A DNA stretch of 64,000 bases from NCBI GenBank assembly GCA_030324005.1, contig JARDVH010000163.1:59215551-59279550 (forward strand), given 5' to 3'. Below are positions 26,370 through 39,248 of the stretch, piece by piece. Each line of letters starts with the position of its first letter. The stretch's first letter is position 1. This DNA is from Negaprion brevirostris (taxonomy: Eukaryota). The notes under the pieces were generated by a model. The model had not been told where the DNA came from and ran no database searches. It saw only the letters and a program-made list of their open reading frames with translations. The translations under genes and the position numbers were made by a program.

Positions 26370-26740
26370 CATTTCTGAGCCAGAAGGTCATGGATTTGAG
26401 CCACACATTGAGATATGAGTTTTAACCGAGACCAACACTTCTCTGTAGTCCTAGAGGCATTATCAGAGGTGACATATTTTAGATGGCCAGTAACCCAGGG
26501 CGCAGCTTGCCAGTTCAGATGGATGTAAAAGATCTCGCAACACAATTGGAAGAAAACAGAGTTCTGGTGACCTGGCCAACATTCGTATCTCAACCACAGC
26601 ATCAAAATGAATGGTCATTGCTGTGTGTGGGCCATGACTTAGTGTATTTGAATGTTTAACAACAGTAGCTACATGTCGAAAGTAATTCACTGGCTGTGAA
26701 AACAATTTGCAGCCCTATATAAATTCAAATTTGTTCTTCT
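26370..26740 (+). mobile_element. SacSINE1/DeuSINE-type ancient SINE
   Basis: Deu-domain-like ggatgtaaaagatctc...gaagaaaacagagttct..gacctggccaacatt..ctcaacc and tail gtaattcactggctgtgaa...ctatataaat. Confidence 0.7.
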
Positions 26741-26937
26741 GTTGAGCTAAGAACACTGGAAAGGTTCTTCTAATTTAACATGGAATTATTTTCTTTTTTG
26801 AAGGATTGGTGGAATCAAATCAACCCAAGATGTTTTTGCCCCTTTCATTCTTTTAGAAATCAGTTCCTCCTCCCACGACCTGGAGGAAAGAAGTCATATG
26901 AGCAGTATAAATATCTGGATGAAACTGCTTGAACAAG

Positions 26938-27602
26938 ATGTGGAGATGCTGCTGTTGGAGTGGGGTGGGCGTAGTAAGAAGTCTCACAACACCAGGTTAA
27001 AGTCCAACAGGTTTATTTGGAATCAGGAGCTTTCGGAGCGCTGCTCCTTCATTAGATGAGTGGAGAGTTTGGTTCACAAATGTGGCATATATAGACACAA
27101 TTACAAGATAATTACAGATTGGAATGTGAACAATGTCAGCCTTCGATCTTTGGGTAAGCATTCTTCACAGCAGCCACAAGACATATGTAATGCAGAATCG
27201 CCAAGCAGAAACTGATAGCCAAGCTCTGCATGCATGAGGATAACCTCAATCGGGATCTTGGGGTCATGCCACACTCCTTGTAACCCCTGCCATTCTGCCT
27301 GGATTTGCAAAATCCTACTAACTGCCCTGGCTTGAAACAAATTACACCTCCTTAACCTGTGATTGTCCCCCTCTCTATGCACACTGTTTGTGCCTGTAAA
27401 GACTTGATTACCTGTAAAGACTCACATTCCAACCATTCTTCACATTTTAATCTATAATTATTTTGCAATTGTGTCTTCGTCTATATATGCTCTGATTATG
27501 AACCTACCTCTTCACTCACCTGATGAAGGAGCAGCGCTCCAAAAGCTTGTGATTCCAAATAAGCCTGTTGGACTTTATCCTGGTATTGTGAGACTCCTTA
27601 CA
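26938..27602 (+). mobile_element. 5'-truncated Penelope-like element with an inverted terminal repeat
   Basis: Inverted pLTR at the left, then an endonuclease C-terminal remnant (KQKLIAKLCMHEDNLNRDLG), a 3' region and a pLTR with a hammerhead. Confidence 0.8.
27515..27552 (+). ncRNA. Minimal hammerhead ribozyme in a Penelope 3' terminus (GAAA mutated to AAAA)
   Basis: CUCAC-CUGAUGA-A-GGAGC(AGC)GCUCC-aAA-AGCU-U-GUGA. A mirror copy lies on the minus strand at ~27025-27060 with CUAAUGA. Confidence 0.7.
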
Positions 27603-27797
27603 ATTAAATATAGGTTATGTATCAATAGTTTAAGAAATAACCATGCAGTATTAGTTTCTATTAGAAGCTGTCAAGATCATCACTCAATCAGTTTCTGTGG
27701 TAAATCTAAATGAAAATTCAGATGCCATTGTGTTTGTTTTTTTTTGGGTGACATGATGATGATGGGTGCAGTGATTTCTGGTAGTGAACAAGAAGTC

Positions 27798-27960
27798 GTC
27801 TCACAACACCAGGTTAAAATATAACAGGTTTATTTGGTAGCACAAGCCACTAGCTCTCGGAGCAGTGCTGGGGTAAACACAGTAAGAAGTCTCACAACAC
27901 TAGGTTAAAGTACAACAGGTTTATTTGGTAGCACAAGCCATTAGCTTTCGGAGCAGTAGC
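27798..27960 (-). repeat. Tandem direct duplication of Penelope pLTR fragments (~90-bp unit)
   Basis: gtctcacaacac(c/t)aggttaaa..acaggtttatttggtagcacaagcca(c/t)tagct(c/t)tcggagcagt occurs twice. Confidence 0.75.
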
Positions 27961-28005
27961 TTACGCTACCAAAGAATGAAAACTGCAATCTGACTGGAAG
28001 ACTGT

Positions 28006-28212
28006 GGTTGGACTTTTCCGATCATTCGCGCTAATGGGATCTTCTAATCCCACTGACGGCATTTCCCTGCTGTGGATTTCCCAGTGGTGAGGAGTGAATT
28101 CAATGGGAAACCCCATTGATGACACCAGGACCAGAAGATCCCACCGCCGGCCAATGGCGGGCTGCCTCTGCTGCTGCGAAACACTCAGGGGGTTACAGGA
28201 AAAATCCCGCCC
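28006..28212. mobile_element. Harbinger-type MITE (~205 bp)
   Basis: TIRs ggttggacttttcc / ggaaaaatcccgcc. Internal gggatcttc..tccc / ggaccagaagatccc inverted repeats. Confidence 0.65.
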
Positions 28213-28699
28213 ATGGTTTCTAATCAAGCAGATCCAATCGCTAACCCTGGCAAGAGGGCTCCATTTCCCAGAAGTTAGTGGGGAGCAGAGAGGTGGAGAG
28301 AGGTTGGTAATGGGGTGGGCAAGCTTATAGTGGGGGGGATCTTGGGATACTGGGAAGAAACATTGCTACTCAATCTGCCCCACATTGGCAGCTCTGAAAG
28401 AATTTGACCATTCCACTATTTGTCTTTATAAATTTTTGTGCATTCACCCTATCACCTTCATCCCATATTAAACTTATTGCCCATACATCCATTTGTTCTA
28501 AAGAAAATTATTTGTTGGCTTTTATTTCAATACCTAGGGATGTGCAGGCATTACAAGTTCATGTTTACAAGCAACTGTCTCAATTCTGGCGTATTCATTT
28601 AGCATTCTTCCATCTGGTGCATCCCAGTGCCAGTCACTGTATGAATTCCTCAGGATAGTGTCCGAGACCCAACCACCCTCGGCTGCTTCATTAATCACA

Positions 28700-29530
28700 A
28701 ATCGATTGATTTCATTGAACCCATTATAAAGCCAGAACTGAGTATGTTCAATACTATTCACAACTCCTGATGTACTGAAGCAGTCCATATGCATATAAAA
28801 TAAAACCAGGGCAACATTCAGTCTTGGGCTGATAAGTGACAAATAACACCCCTGCCACACAAGTGCTATGCAATGACCATTTTGAACAAAAGAGAGTCCA
28901 ATCACCTTTCCGTGTCATTCAATCAATTACCATCACTGAATCCGCCACCATCCTGAGGGTTATTATTGACCAGAAACTTAACTGGACTAGCCATATAAAT
29001 ACTGTTGGCTACAAGAGCAGGTCAGACACTGGAAATTTCATATATATAACCCACTTCTTCACTCCTCAAAGCCTGCTCACCATCTACAAGTCAAGAGTGT
29101 GACGGAATACTCTTCACTTGCCTAGATGAATGCAGTTCCACTTGAATAGTGCCACATCCACCATCTTAAATATTTACTCTCCACCACTAATGCAGAGTGG
29201 CAACACTATTTACCATCTAAAAATTGCACTGCAGAAATCTGCCAAGGTTCCTGCAAGAGCACCTTCCAAACAGTGGGTCTCTATCACCAAGAAGAACAAG
29301 GGAAGATGATGCTTGGGCATACCACCACCTCCAAGTTCCCTTACAAGTCACATAAATAAATCACCACCATTTCTTCATCGTCACTTAGTCAAAATCGTGA
29401 AAGTTACCCCTAGCTACAAGTTATCTGGGTATACCTATGCCACCAGGATGGAAGTGACTCAAGAAGGCAGCTTGCCAGCACTTTGATTTATGATGGGGAA
29501 ATGAATGTTGGCCTTGCCAATGCTATTCAC
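28700..29530 (+). mobile_element. Non-LTR retrotransposon (CR1/L2 group) RT C-terminus and 3' end
   Basis: ITESATILRVIIDQKLNWTSHINT...LLTIYKSRV, tail aatgaatgttggccttgccaatgctattcac. Reverse copies of this tail at ~30250-30400 and ~31245-31580. Confidence 0.7.
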
Positions 29531-31859
29531 TTCCAAAAATAAATTCAAATAAATCCATATTTTTTTCTCCCAGTCTGGGCTAAACTTGACAGGGAGGAAC
29601 ATGAGACAGTGTATAATACAGTAACATATTATATATATATTAGTTGAAGTGAGTTTCTGCCTAAAGTTAAATTTATCACCATCCCAATTCTTATTTTACT
29701 CTTAAGGTCTTCTTAGTGATAGCACACTCACATAAAGCTAGTTGATGCATTCAAAAAAGGGAATATCCTCCTTGCTTAAAGAAAAATCACCAGTAACATT
29801 GGACACAGTGTTGAAAGTCTGCAATCACTGGCATCGATACTGCACTTAATGAAATTTTCCATAAAAGAGGACAAATTATAATGTTGGCTGTTTTAATGAA
29901 TTAACATATACCACAGCCTTGTACTTTATTTATGCATTCGATACGGAACACAGGCATTTGATTGATAATATTTATGTAGGTCATTAAAGTATTTTCCAGC
30001 ACTGGCACAGATATGTGACAATCTCCTATCCCTAAGATACATGTCATGCTGCTTATGTCAGAATGTAAATTGACAGCAGTCAGAGCGAGTGAGTTTGTTA
30101 GCACCACAGGCAATGAGGCTATAGGAAATGATCTCAGTATCTCTGGTTGGGGCCACGTTGACCATCACCTCATAGACAGGATGAAGAATTAGTTCCACCT
30201 TTATGCATTGTCTGCTGGGAAACCAAAAGCAGTGGTTTAATTTTTAAAAATTCTTTCATGCCCATCCCTAGTTGCCCTGGAGGTGGTGTTAGTGAGCTGC
30301 ATTTCAAGAACCACAACAGCCTATTTGTAGGCATAGCCATAGTGCTGTTAGGAAGGGAGTTCCAGATTTAGACTCTGCAACAGCAAAGGATTGGAATTGT
30401 ATCTTGGGAGTGTGAGGTCAAACCAGGAGACCGAGAAATTTCACAAACTGATGTATGCCAATCACAAGGATTTTATGCTGGCATTACTGTTATAAACTGT
30501 GTGTCAAAATGTTTGTTTGAGGAGAAAAATCAGATCGATTGGGGGAGGGGTTTCTCATTGAATATTTTCAAGGTTGATATAGATAGATTTTTGATCAACA
30601 ATGGGGTCAAGGGTTATGGGGTTGGACAGAAAAGTGGTGTCGAGGTCACAGTTAGATCAGCCATGATCTTATCAAATGGCACAACAGGCTCAATGGACTG
30701 AATAGGGCTCTTATTTCCTATTCCCGTATTCTAATGTTACAGGGTTTGTTTTAAATAAGGAGGATATTCTTTCTTGTGAACACATCAACTAGATTTATAT
30801 AAATGTGCAAGTAATAAGAAGACCTGAAGAATAAAATAAGGATTGGAATGATCTTAAATTGTACTTCATCTTAAAAAGTCCAGTCTGCTTCCAATCTTTT
30901 GGATTTTACTATAATCTCCCTTATCATGTGATCTGTAGCATCCATTTATTTTCTGCTACCTTGAAAGCTGTTTGCTGTTTGTTTGTGCACTCTGGGTGCG
31001 AGATTCTTTGTCACTGTGCAGGAACCAGGGAGAGGACCTGTACTGACTGCAGTAGAGCTGGTCAACATCCCTGGGGAAATCAGGAGAATGACATTAATAA
31101 TCTAAAAGAGTTTAATGGATTTTTAAACCTTGAGTGGAGGCTTACTGAGATCACAACTTCAGTTTCAATGGAGTATTCCTGCAAACCCAGGAGGTTACAT
31201 TTGATTGACTCTGAAGTCAGGCAGGGGAGGGGGACCATGATTTTTTTAACATTCGCTCATGGGATGTGGGTGTCACTGGCTGGGTCTGTATTCATTGCCC
31301 ATCCTTGAGGGTGGTTAAGAGTCAGCCACATTGCTGTGGATCTGGAGTTACATGTAGGCCAAACTAGATAAGGACAACAGATTTCCTTCCCTAAAGAACA
31401 TTAGCGAAAGCGATAGGTTTTTGTGACAACCGACAATGGTTTTGAGATCATCACAGACTTTTAATTCCAGATTCAAATTTCACGATCTACCGTGGTGGAG
31501 TTCCAACCCACGTCCCCAGAGCATTATTCTGGGTCTCTGGATTAGTAGTCCAGCGACAACACCACTACGCCATTGCCTCCTTGATTAACCAGCGCCAATT
31601 GACCACGATTAAAGGAGAATGAAAACTTTGTGCTTCCTGCTCATTTCAGTTATTCCATGTTGCTGGTGGAGCTAGCCACACTGCTAATTGGCTGAATCAT
31701 TTATTAGGAGATTGGTGTTGTGAGTAGTTAGCACTGTTTAACTCTAGCCTGTCCTATTTAAAGATTGGAGCAACTTTACTGGATAGTGGCAGTCGCACAC
31801 AGTGACCCTAACCTGATTGAAGAGTGGCCCAAGATGGGAGCTCCACAACCTTTGGACAC

Positions 31860-33260
31860 TGCAGCAGGGGAAACAGCACCTAGCCGCAATGGTCGAGGCA
31901 CCTGCCTCACCTGAGAGGATGGTGCTGACTATTATTGGAACAGTGCCAAAGCCGTGACCACTGGTGGGCTGAAACCATGGAAGATGGCAGTATCTCCATA
32001 CTTAATCTGAAAGAAATGGCGGAGGTGATAGTGGATGCCTTGGTGGTTATTTTCCAGACGTCGCTGGATTCCGGGGAAGTGCNNNNNNNNNNNNNNNNNN
32101 NNNNNNNNNNNNNNNNNNNNNNNNNNNNNNNNNNNNNNNNNNNNNNNNNNNNNNNNNNNNNNNNNNNNNNNNNNNNNNNNNNTGAATGGCGGGGCAGGCT
32201 CGAAGGGCTAGATGGCCTACTCCTGCTCCTATTTCTTATGTTCTTATGTTCTTAATCTTCCTTCTCACATCTACCTCACACACAATCTCCTGCTTTAAGC
32301 TACAGAAGGTGGAAGTGTACACCTCTTACTTGCCTCTGTTCCCCATCCCACAACTGTTTCCTTTCAGGTACCCATTAGTGCAACCTGGCCAAGCAATGGA
32401 GGACAGAAAGAAGACAGTAAAGAAGAAGACAACGGATTTCACATCCACAACCACCAGCTCAGATACAGTCATTGCACCATTTAGAGGACTGCATGGAAGA
32501 AGGATCTGTACGTGTTGAGACACTGAGCACTAGTGATTAGCAGGCAGCCAAGTGGCAATGATAGCGCAGGTGCCAGTTTGATGGGAGGGCCAGGCTGCAC
32601 ATAAACTCTGCTACTGAAGGCTCAGTTAAGGACTTCAATCAAATACTTGGTGCACTGAGAAGCCTGTGGTCACTGTCAAGGAGCATAAAGGAACCTGGCA
32701 ACATCTCAGCACAGGGCATTATACAGAGCTTGGTGCCCATCCTTTCTGGCATGGAAGTGATGGCGAACTTAACTTGCATGCTTATGGACCTGACCATGAT
32801 GCAGATTTTGATGGTCAATGTTCATTTCAGCAGCCACCCAATGCCTAAGAACTGCAATGGAAATGCAGGTTGCAGCCATCATGGATGTGGGTGACAGCGC
32901 ACAACGTAACCTGACGCCAATCACAGCAGTCCCACAATCAGTCTCCAATAGATTCCAAAGATTGCTGAGGCCCTGGAAAGTGGCAGTGGCTTCATGAAGC
33001 ATCAACCTGGATGATATTATTTATTGTTCCACTATTGCCAGATCACCAACACGCTGCTATTGCCTATCTGCAGTCCAGATAGACCTGTGTTGCTCATGCC
33101 AAAACACTTTATCCACAGCCAAACCTTCTACAGCCAAGGCTGCTCAAGATTGTCCTCTAAGGACAACTGCAGTCTTGTCCACTGAAAGTTTGCAGTTTCC
33201 CTCCAGCATGCTGTTGCCACTGTGAAGGGCAATAGGCCAGGCAAAAGCAGATCCAAATAC
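31860..33260 (+). mobile_element. Probable Myb/SANT-like partner gene remnant of the same Harbinger element, convergent with the transposase and interrupted by a CR1 fragment and a gap
   Basis: Exon-like MVLTIIGT...ETMEDG followed by an intron and a ttcctttcag acceptor into decayed coding-like sequence. Arranged tail-to-tail with the transposase, as in Harbinger elements. Confidence 0.5.
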
Positions 33261-33539
33261 GATATGCATAGTTTCATTTATGGATTTAGTTTTGAGTTTT
33301 TAATTTTGTGGTGAGTTTTATTTTTGTACTGTGGCCTAGCAGACATGGTGATGATGAGTTACAAAGGGAAAGCAAAGGTTTGGGAAGCTGCAGTGGATGG
33401 AGAGTTGGGGGTTGTGATTATTGGTATCGGACTTGGATGGGTTCCTCACAGGAAAAAGTGACTATCTCTAGGTTGCCTCTTCCCTTCTGCAATACTGAGG
33501 AATACTTCTATTCCTGAGTTACTTGCCATATAGCTGGCA

Positions 33540-34030
33540 GCAATAGCTGTCACCTCAGAACAGTGAGACTGTTACAGCATGTAGTGGAAACTACCATGAA
33601 TGATGGCAAGTAATGCAGAACTCCTCCAGTGCAGTCCAGGCAGTGGATGCATTGCTCGAGCATGCCAATGGTCTGCTCTATTGCATTTTATGTGGCAGCA
33701 CAGCTTTCGCTGCATGCAAGCTATATCTGTATGTATAGGTTATGCACCATAATCATCCACCATATGAGCAGGAGATAGCCTTTGCCACACAAGTGCAACC
33801 CTTTGGTTTGTTATGCTGACTCAAAGTGGACTGCTACAGAATGAAGAAATCCTGACTACTGCCAAGGTACCGCGTACCGACCTTCATAATTTGCTGCCGA
33901 GCCTCACACTAACTAAATGTTGAGAGTGTGGAAACCTTTTCAATTCAGCTGTAAGGTAAAATGGTTGTATTTAACCAATAGCAACTTGCAACATGGGGAA
34001 GGCTGTGACACCAGTGAAGCCACATGCTCC
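33540..34030 (-). pseudogene. PIF/Harbinger DDE transposase remnant (HARBI1-like)
   Basis: Minus strand reads KGFHTLNI*LV...RYLGSSQDFFIL...GKGYLLLIWWM...T*NAIEQTIGMLEQCIHCLDCTGGVLHY, matching Harbinger KGFHSLNVQLV / RYPGSSHDSFIL / GDKGYPL / RSVIERTIGLLKMRFRCLDRSGGALQY. Confidence 0.85.
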
Positions 34031-35313
34031 TAAGTAAATGTGGTTAGTTGTCACCGNNNNNNNNNNCAATCAGTGAACTCTGCAGGAACAGATGAGAAAC
34101 GTCCAGATGTTGAAAATATCTCCAGTTTCAGTAGGAATCAGATGCATACAAGTTCATTTCTATGTTCACCTTCACAGCCCTCGCAACGTAATCTTTACTT
34201 TGCCCCGAGGTGGTGGTTGTTGTGGTAGATTTCAGTGTCTCAAACTGTTCCTTGTTGAGGTTCAAGGAAAAGAACCTACGGGGTTCCAAATTGATGTGCT
34301 GATGTGTCCTTCACTGTCTTTGGGTCATCACACTCAGCCATTTGGGGCATTTGTCCAAAAATGTGTTTATGCCAATTAGGAGCTCCAAGGGTGTTCACAG
34401 TACCTAAAAAATGGCTGCAAACTTTCATAATTTCATGCCCTTTTTTTTTGCATACTCAGTATTGTGTCTATATGCTGTGTACAATTATTTTTCTTTCAAA
34501 AGCACTGAAATTGACTTTTCCGACAGGGTAGAAAATGGAGTCAGTATGGGCTGCAATGAAAGTGACAATAATGAGCAGACACTTATATGCACCACTGTGT
34601 TTTCTCTCCGCTATTTTATGTTGGTGCTATTTTGATTCCTTTGAGTGGACATTGGGTCATTTGCCTGCTCCTATTTCTCACTACATGAGCCGTTGGCAAT
34701 ATCATCTGAAAGCACTTGTGTTTCTACACGTACCCAGTTCAATTGCACCACCACCCCTCTCAACTCCTCCATTGTTACTAAATTATCAAACTGCTTATCC
34801 AACATCCAATACAGGATGAGTGGATATTTTGTTCCATTAAATATTGGAAAGGCTGAAAGCATCCATATTTAACTTCTAATAATTGATTCTACCAACTGTT
34901 CACTACTAGCGCATTCTCCCTGGCAACAGTCGATATTAAGCCAAGCTGTTCACAGCCGTGGTATCACATTNNNNNNNNNNNNNNNNNNNNNNNNNNNNNN
35001 NNNNNNNNNNNNNNNNNNNNNNNNNNNNNNNNNNNNNNNNNNNNNNNNNNNNNNNNNNNNNNNNNNNNNNNNNNNNNNNNNNNNNNNNNNNNNNNNNNNN
35101 NNNNNNNNNNNNNNNNNNNNNNNNNNNNNNNNNNNNNNNNNNNNNNNNNNNNNNNNNNNNNNNNNNNNNNNNNNNNNGGGATTCTCTGATCCCACTGCTG
35201 TGAATGGAAATTTGGCTGGGCACCAAATTCTTGGCTCATTGGCACCAGGAACGGGGCAAATGACATTGGAGAATTCCGATCACTGTCATGTTTTATTCTT
35301 CGCATAAACTTGG

Positions 35314-35520
35314 GGGATGGGATTTTCTGGCTATTCACACAGGCAGGATCTTGTGGTCCCAGTGATGGTGAATGCGCACCATGCAGGAGGTGGATTTAGT
35401 GGGAAATCCCATTGACAGTGTGGGATCAAAAGTTTCCCCTGCCAGCCAAGATCAGGCTGCCTTCCACTGCCACTGAGAACCATACTATGAGGGGGTTGGT
35501 GGTGGCAGGAAATCTTGCCC
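35314..35520. mobile_element. Harbinger-type MITE (~205-bp family)
   Basis: TIRs ggatgggattttc / ggaaatcttgccc. Shares gggaaa(t/c)cccattga with the 28006 copy. Confidence 0.6.
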
Positions 35521-35524
35521 GAGG

Positions 35525-35973
35525 TGCTATCCAAAACTGTGCCACCTGTCCTAACTCAAAGCAAGTCCCATTTCCCTGTCACCCCAAGCTTGCTGACCTA
35601 CACAAGCTCCCAGCCAAGCAACATCTTGATTTTAAAACTCTCATCCCCTTTTTTAAATCCTTCCATGTCCTCTTCCCGCCCACCCATCTCTACAATCTCC
35701 TCCAGCCCTACAACACTCTGCAATATCACTCTTCCACTGGTAGGTTTTGCCTTCAATTACCTTGACCAGAAGCTCTGGAATTCCTTCCCTAAACCTCATC
35801 TTACTCCTTTAAGGCACTGCCCAAAACCTACCTCTTTGATCAAACTTTTGGCCATTCATCCTCATTTCTCACGTGGCTCTGTGTCTTATTTTGTTTTATA
35901 ATGTTTCTGTGAAATGCCTTGCACATTTTAGTCCATTGAAGAAGAATATAAGCATAAGTTGTTGTTGTTGTTG
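35525..35973 (+). mobile_element. L2 LINE 3' end
   Basis: KLADLHKLPAKQHLDFKTL, agctctggaattccttccct, and a (GTT)n tail. Similar L2 remnants at ~12780-13090, ~25990-26325 and ~3670-4030. Confidence 0.7.
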
Positions 35974-36397
35974 AGTAGGTTAACATAGACAGATGAACAC
36001 TAAGCCATTGGCAATAGTTATTGCCAACAGGAAGATCTAGTCTTCAGTTTGAAAAACAGCTAGCGTTTGAAACCCACAACTATTTCATTAGGTGTAAATT
36101 CTGAGACCAACGGAGGAGTGGTATTGCAGAGTGTTGTAGGGCTGGGGGAGATTATAGAGATATTGACTCATTCTTAAGTCACTTCAAACAAGCGGAAAAA
36201 GTGACTAACATGAAATGGTTGAATCAGCATATTTTCTATTCCTGAAATCTCCTGCCTCCCCTTCCTGCCTTGAGGCTTCCAGGTGGCCAGCGACAGTTAG
36301 GGAGCCAGTGCTGTCCTGCTAATTTATGGGGTAAGGATGAGTGTGGATGCTTGTTGTAAAAGATTTCAGTTCACTAATGAACATACTGGAATGATTT

Positions 36398-36700
36398 ACA
36401 TAGAATCATAGAATTCCTACAGTGCAAAAGAAGGCCATTCAGCCCATTGAGTCTGCACTGACCACAATCCCATCCAGGCCCTATCCCCGTAACACATTTA
36501 CCCTTCTAATCCCTGACACTAAGGGGAAATTTATCATGGCCAATCCACCAAACCTACACATCTTTGGACTGTGGGAGGAAACCCAAACAGTCATGGGGAG
36601 AATGTGCAAATTCCAAACGGATAGTCACCAAGGCCGGAATTGAATCCAAGTCCCTAGTGCTATGAGGCTGTGATGCTAATCACTGCGCCACATGCCGCCC
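36398..36700 (-). mobile_element. HE1-type V-SINE
   Basis: catagaatcatagaattcctacagtgc...gctaatcactgcgccacatgccgccc. Confidence 0.85.
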
Positions 36701-38887
36701 CAAATTGACAGCGATCTGCTTCTTGTCTGAAAAGTGGGTGAGATGAAACTGGCAGGGGGAAGGGCCCACTTGATGCAAATTTCAAGTGAGCCTGAGTTAT
36801 TACTGGATTTGAACTGCAACTTTCTCTTTGCTGCACAAGGAAAACTGTAGCCCAAATTCAGCTCCTGAAATAAGCTTCACATCCGTTCCTGAAGCCCTAC
36901 CAACCAGCCAGTTCATATTGGAGATGTGAATTACTCATTCTTTCACAACTGCTGAGTTTCAGCCTTATATAAAATGGTGCCACTTTTGAGTGGAATTTAG
37001 AACTCACTCCCTGATGTATGTCATTTCCCATCCCTCCTCACCCTGGTTCCTGTTTCAGTTCCCCACCCCTACTGCATCTCAAGGTGCATTTCAATTCACC
37101 TTTCAATATATCTGAGCATACAGTTTCAATTCCCACATCACCAACCCCCATCCATCTTTCTGAATCAATAATATTTCTCTTCATTACAATATACACTTGA
37201 AAGGTATTTCTTGATCTCAAATGGGTTTTCTTCATGTGGTAAGTGAGGCTACCTCTTTCAAAGGTCTCAAACTATTTCCCTCTGGAGTTATATCAGTTCC
37301 AATTTTGAACACATTACCAAAAGGTCGGTAAAGTGAAACTCAAAAATATCAACCCAAAAATAAATTTTAAAAATCTTCAAGATAAACGTTGCTACAAAAG
37401 GCAGAAAGCTTTAACGTAGACACTACCTCGTTGCCTGTAACTTGCCGTGGGACACCCTGAAGATCCAAGTTCCCTTCACAGATATCTTTAGATCGAAGTT
37501 TAACAGGAAATCCAAAACCAGTTTCATTATAATGACATTTTTCTTCTGGTTACACCAAGGTGAGGGATGTTCTTGCTTTAGAATGTCTGTAATGCCTATT
37601 TTCACTCTTTCACATCCAGACTACTGAACATTGATAAATGTTCGTCAAACGTTCTCTTATTTGGAGAAGGAAAGCCCTGCTTTGTTATCAACGTGAGACA
37701 TGTAAATAATGTGACAAGACATTTTAACCCTCTTTACATTATTGCACTGTGTGGGTAGAGGTAAAAGTGTTAGCAAAGATTCTCATGAAGAAGGGGCATC
37801 TTTTGAATGACACACAGCATGAAGGAGAATCTTAATTTTGTCTGAACAGAGTTTAAGGTCAGATGGCAATATTAAACATGATTTCACAATTTGCTCCGTA
37901 AAATTTAATGACACGAGTTTCAACAACTTTGGAGTCTTTACTTCCTCTGGTGAAGCATTGAGAAACGCCAGTTAAGCACTGATGTGTTGTGGAGGAAAGG
38001 TGTGGAGATATGGGAGGAGACTCTGTAGCTTCAACACCTGCAAAATAGTAATATTCCTTTCTACCCTGGTATAAACCACTTACTTTCAAAAAGTAATTAA
38101 TGTTAAGATGGTGTGCAAAGGAATTTTATGCAAATGTTTAACAATTACATGACTAATTGGAAGCTAAATCCCTTGAAGGTATTCCCTATGTTTTCTAAAT
38201 TAATGTATTTTAAAACCTGATTCAGAACGAATGTATTTCTGCCCAACCTTTCCTGTGACTTTTTCCCGACAATTTGTGAAATGTTAAATAATCACAGCAG
38301 CAATTTTCTCTCCAGCCAGAAAAATGTCTTAAAATAAAGCAGAGAGAAAATGGAGAAATCACACTGCTCAAAATAAAACAGGCAAAAAAATCCATTCAGT
38401 CTATAAAATCCAAGGACCTTTTGAAAAGAGTTGCTTCCAACAGCATACTATATAGTTAATTCCATCGCTTCACAAATTGGCAACATTCCAGCTACCCATG
38501 TTTGAAATTCATTAGATTCTGCGAGAGTGTCACAAACTCCCACTAAGGAAAATTATGAGCATGCTAAGGTTTTCTAGGATTCGGCAAACTGGGCAATCGT
38601 AACTCAACCAGAAATTAAAGGGTTTAAAAGCTTCCTTTTGTTTTTGGAAATCACTATTTAATAAAATAAAACTACCCTTGTCATATTTATTCCATGAAAC
38701 ATAGGTAGAAACTGCTGATTTAAGATAAAATATGCCAGCCAAATGATCTGCTTATTAAAAGAAGCAACATGTCGACGAAAGGGAGTCTCCTCATTCTATG
38801 CCAGGGATTAATCATTTTCATCCCCTGGTGTTTGTAGATGATTTCACTCAAGGTCAGTCAATAGCACAGAGATCAAGCGATGCTTAC

Positions 38888-39053
38888 CACAAGTGGAGTG
38901 CAGACTCTCTAGGCTCCAGTACCTTGACAGGGCACCCCTTATACCATAACTGCTATCAGACTCAGAGCCAGGAGACAGCCCTGAGCTGCCACTGCTGCTG
39001 CAACTGCCTGCCGTGTGTGGCCCACTTGACTCGCCGCATTGTTGGGTCCTCAT
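38888..39053 (-). CDS. ARHGEF4: Alternative first coding exon of a short Asef isoform: MRTQQ...SYGIRGALSRYWSLESLHSTC(G)
   Basis: RGALSRYWSLESLH resembles the recalled SPATA13/Asef2 short-isoform start MVARGEIARFWSLESLHL. Strong phase-1 donor TGT G|gtaagc, the same phase as the 52061 exon donor, so both can splice to the same downstream exon. Confidence 0.75.
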
Positions 39054-39216
39054 GCAGGATAGACAGGTCAGGGAGAGGTCTCCCCTGTCTTCTGCGCTCA
39101 GAGTCGGTTACAAGCTTGAGCCAGAGACGTCGCAATCAGCCTTTGGTGTGGTACCTGCTACTGTCTGGTGAAAGACTGACTGCAAATCTCTCAGTGAACA
39201 CTAGCTGCATCACTCT

Positions 39217-39248
<32 letters not shown>

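Noticed and set aside
27798-27960. CRISPR-like repeat-spacer array
   Set aside because: Only two units, which match Penelope termini elsewhere in the window, in a vertebrate context with no cas genes.
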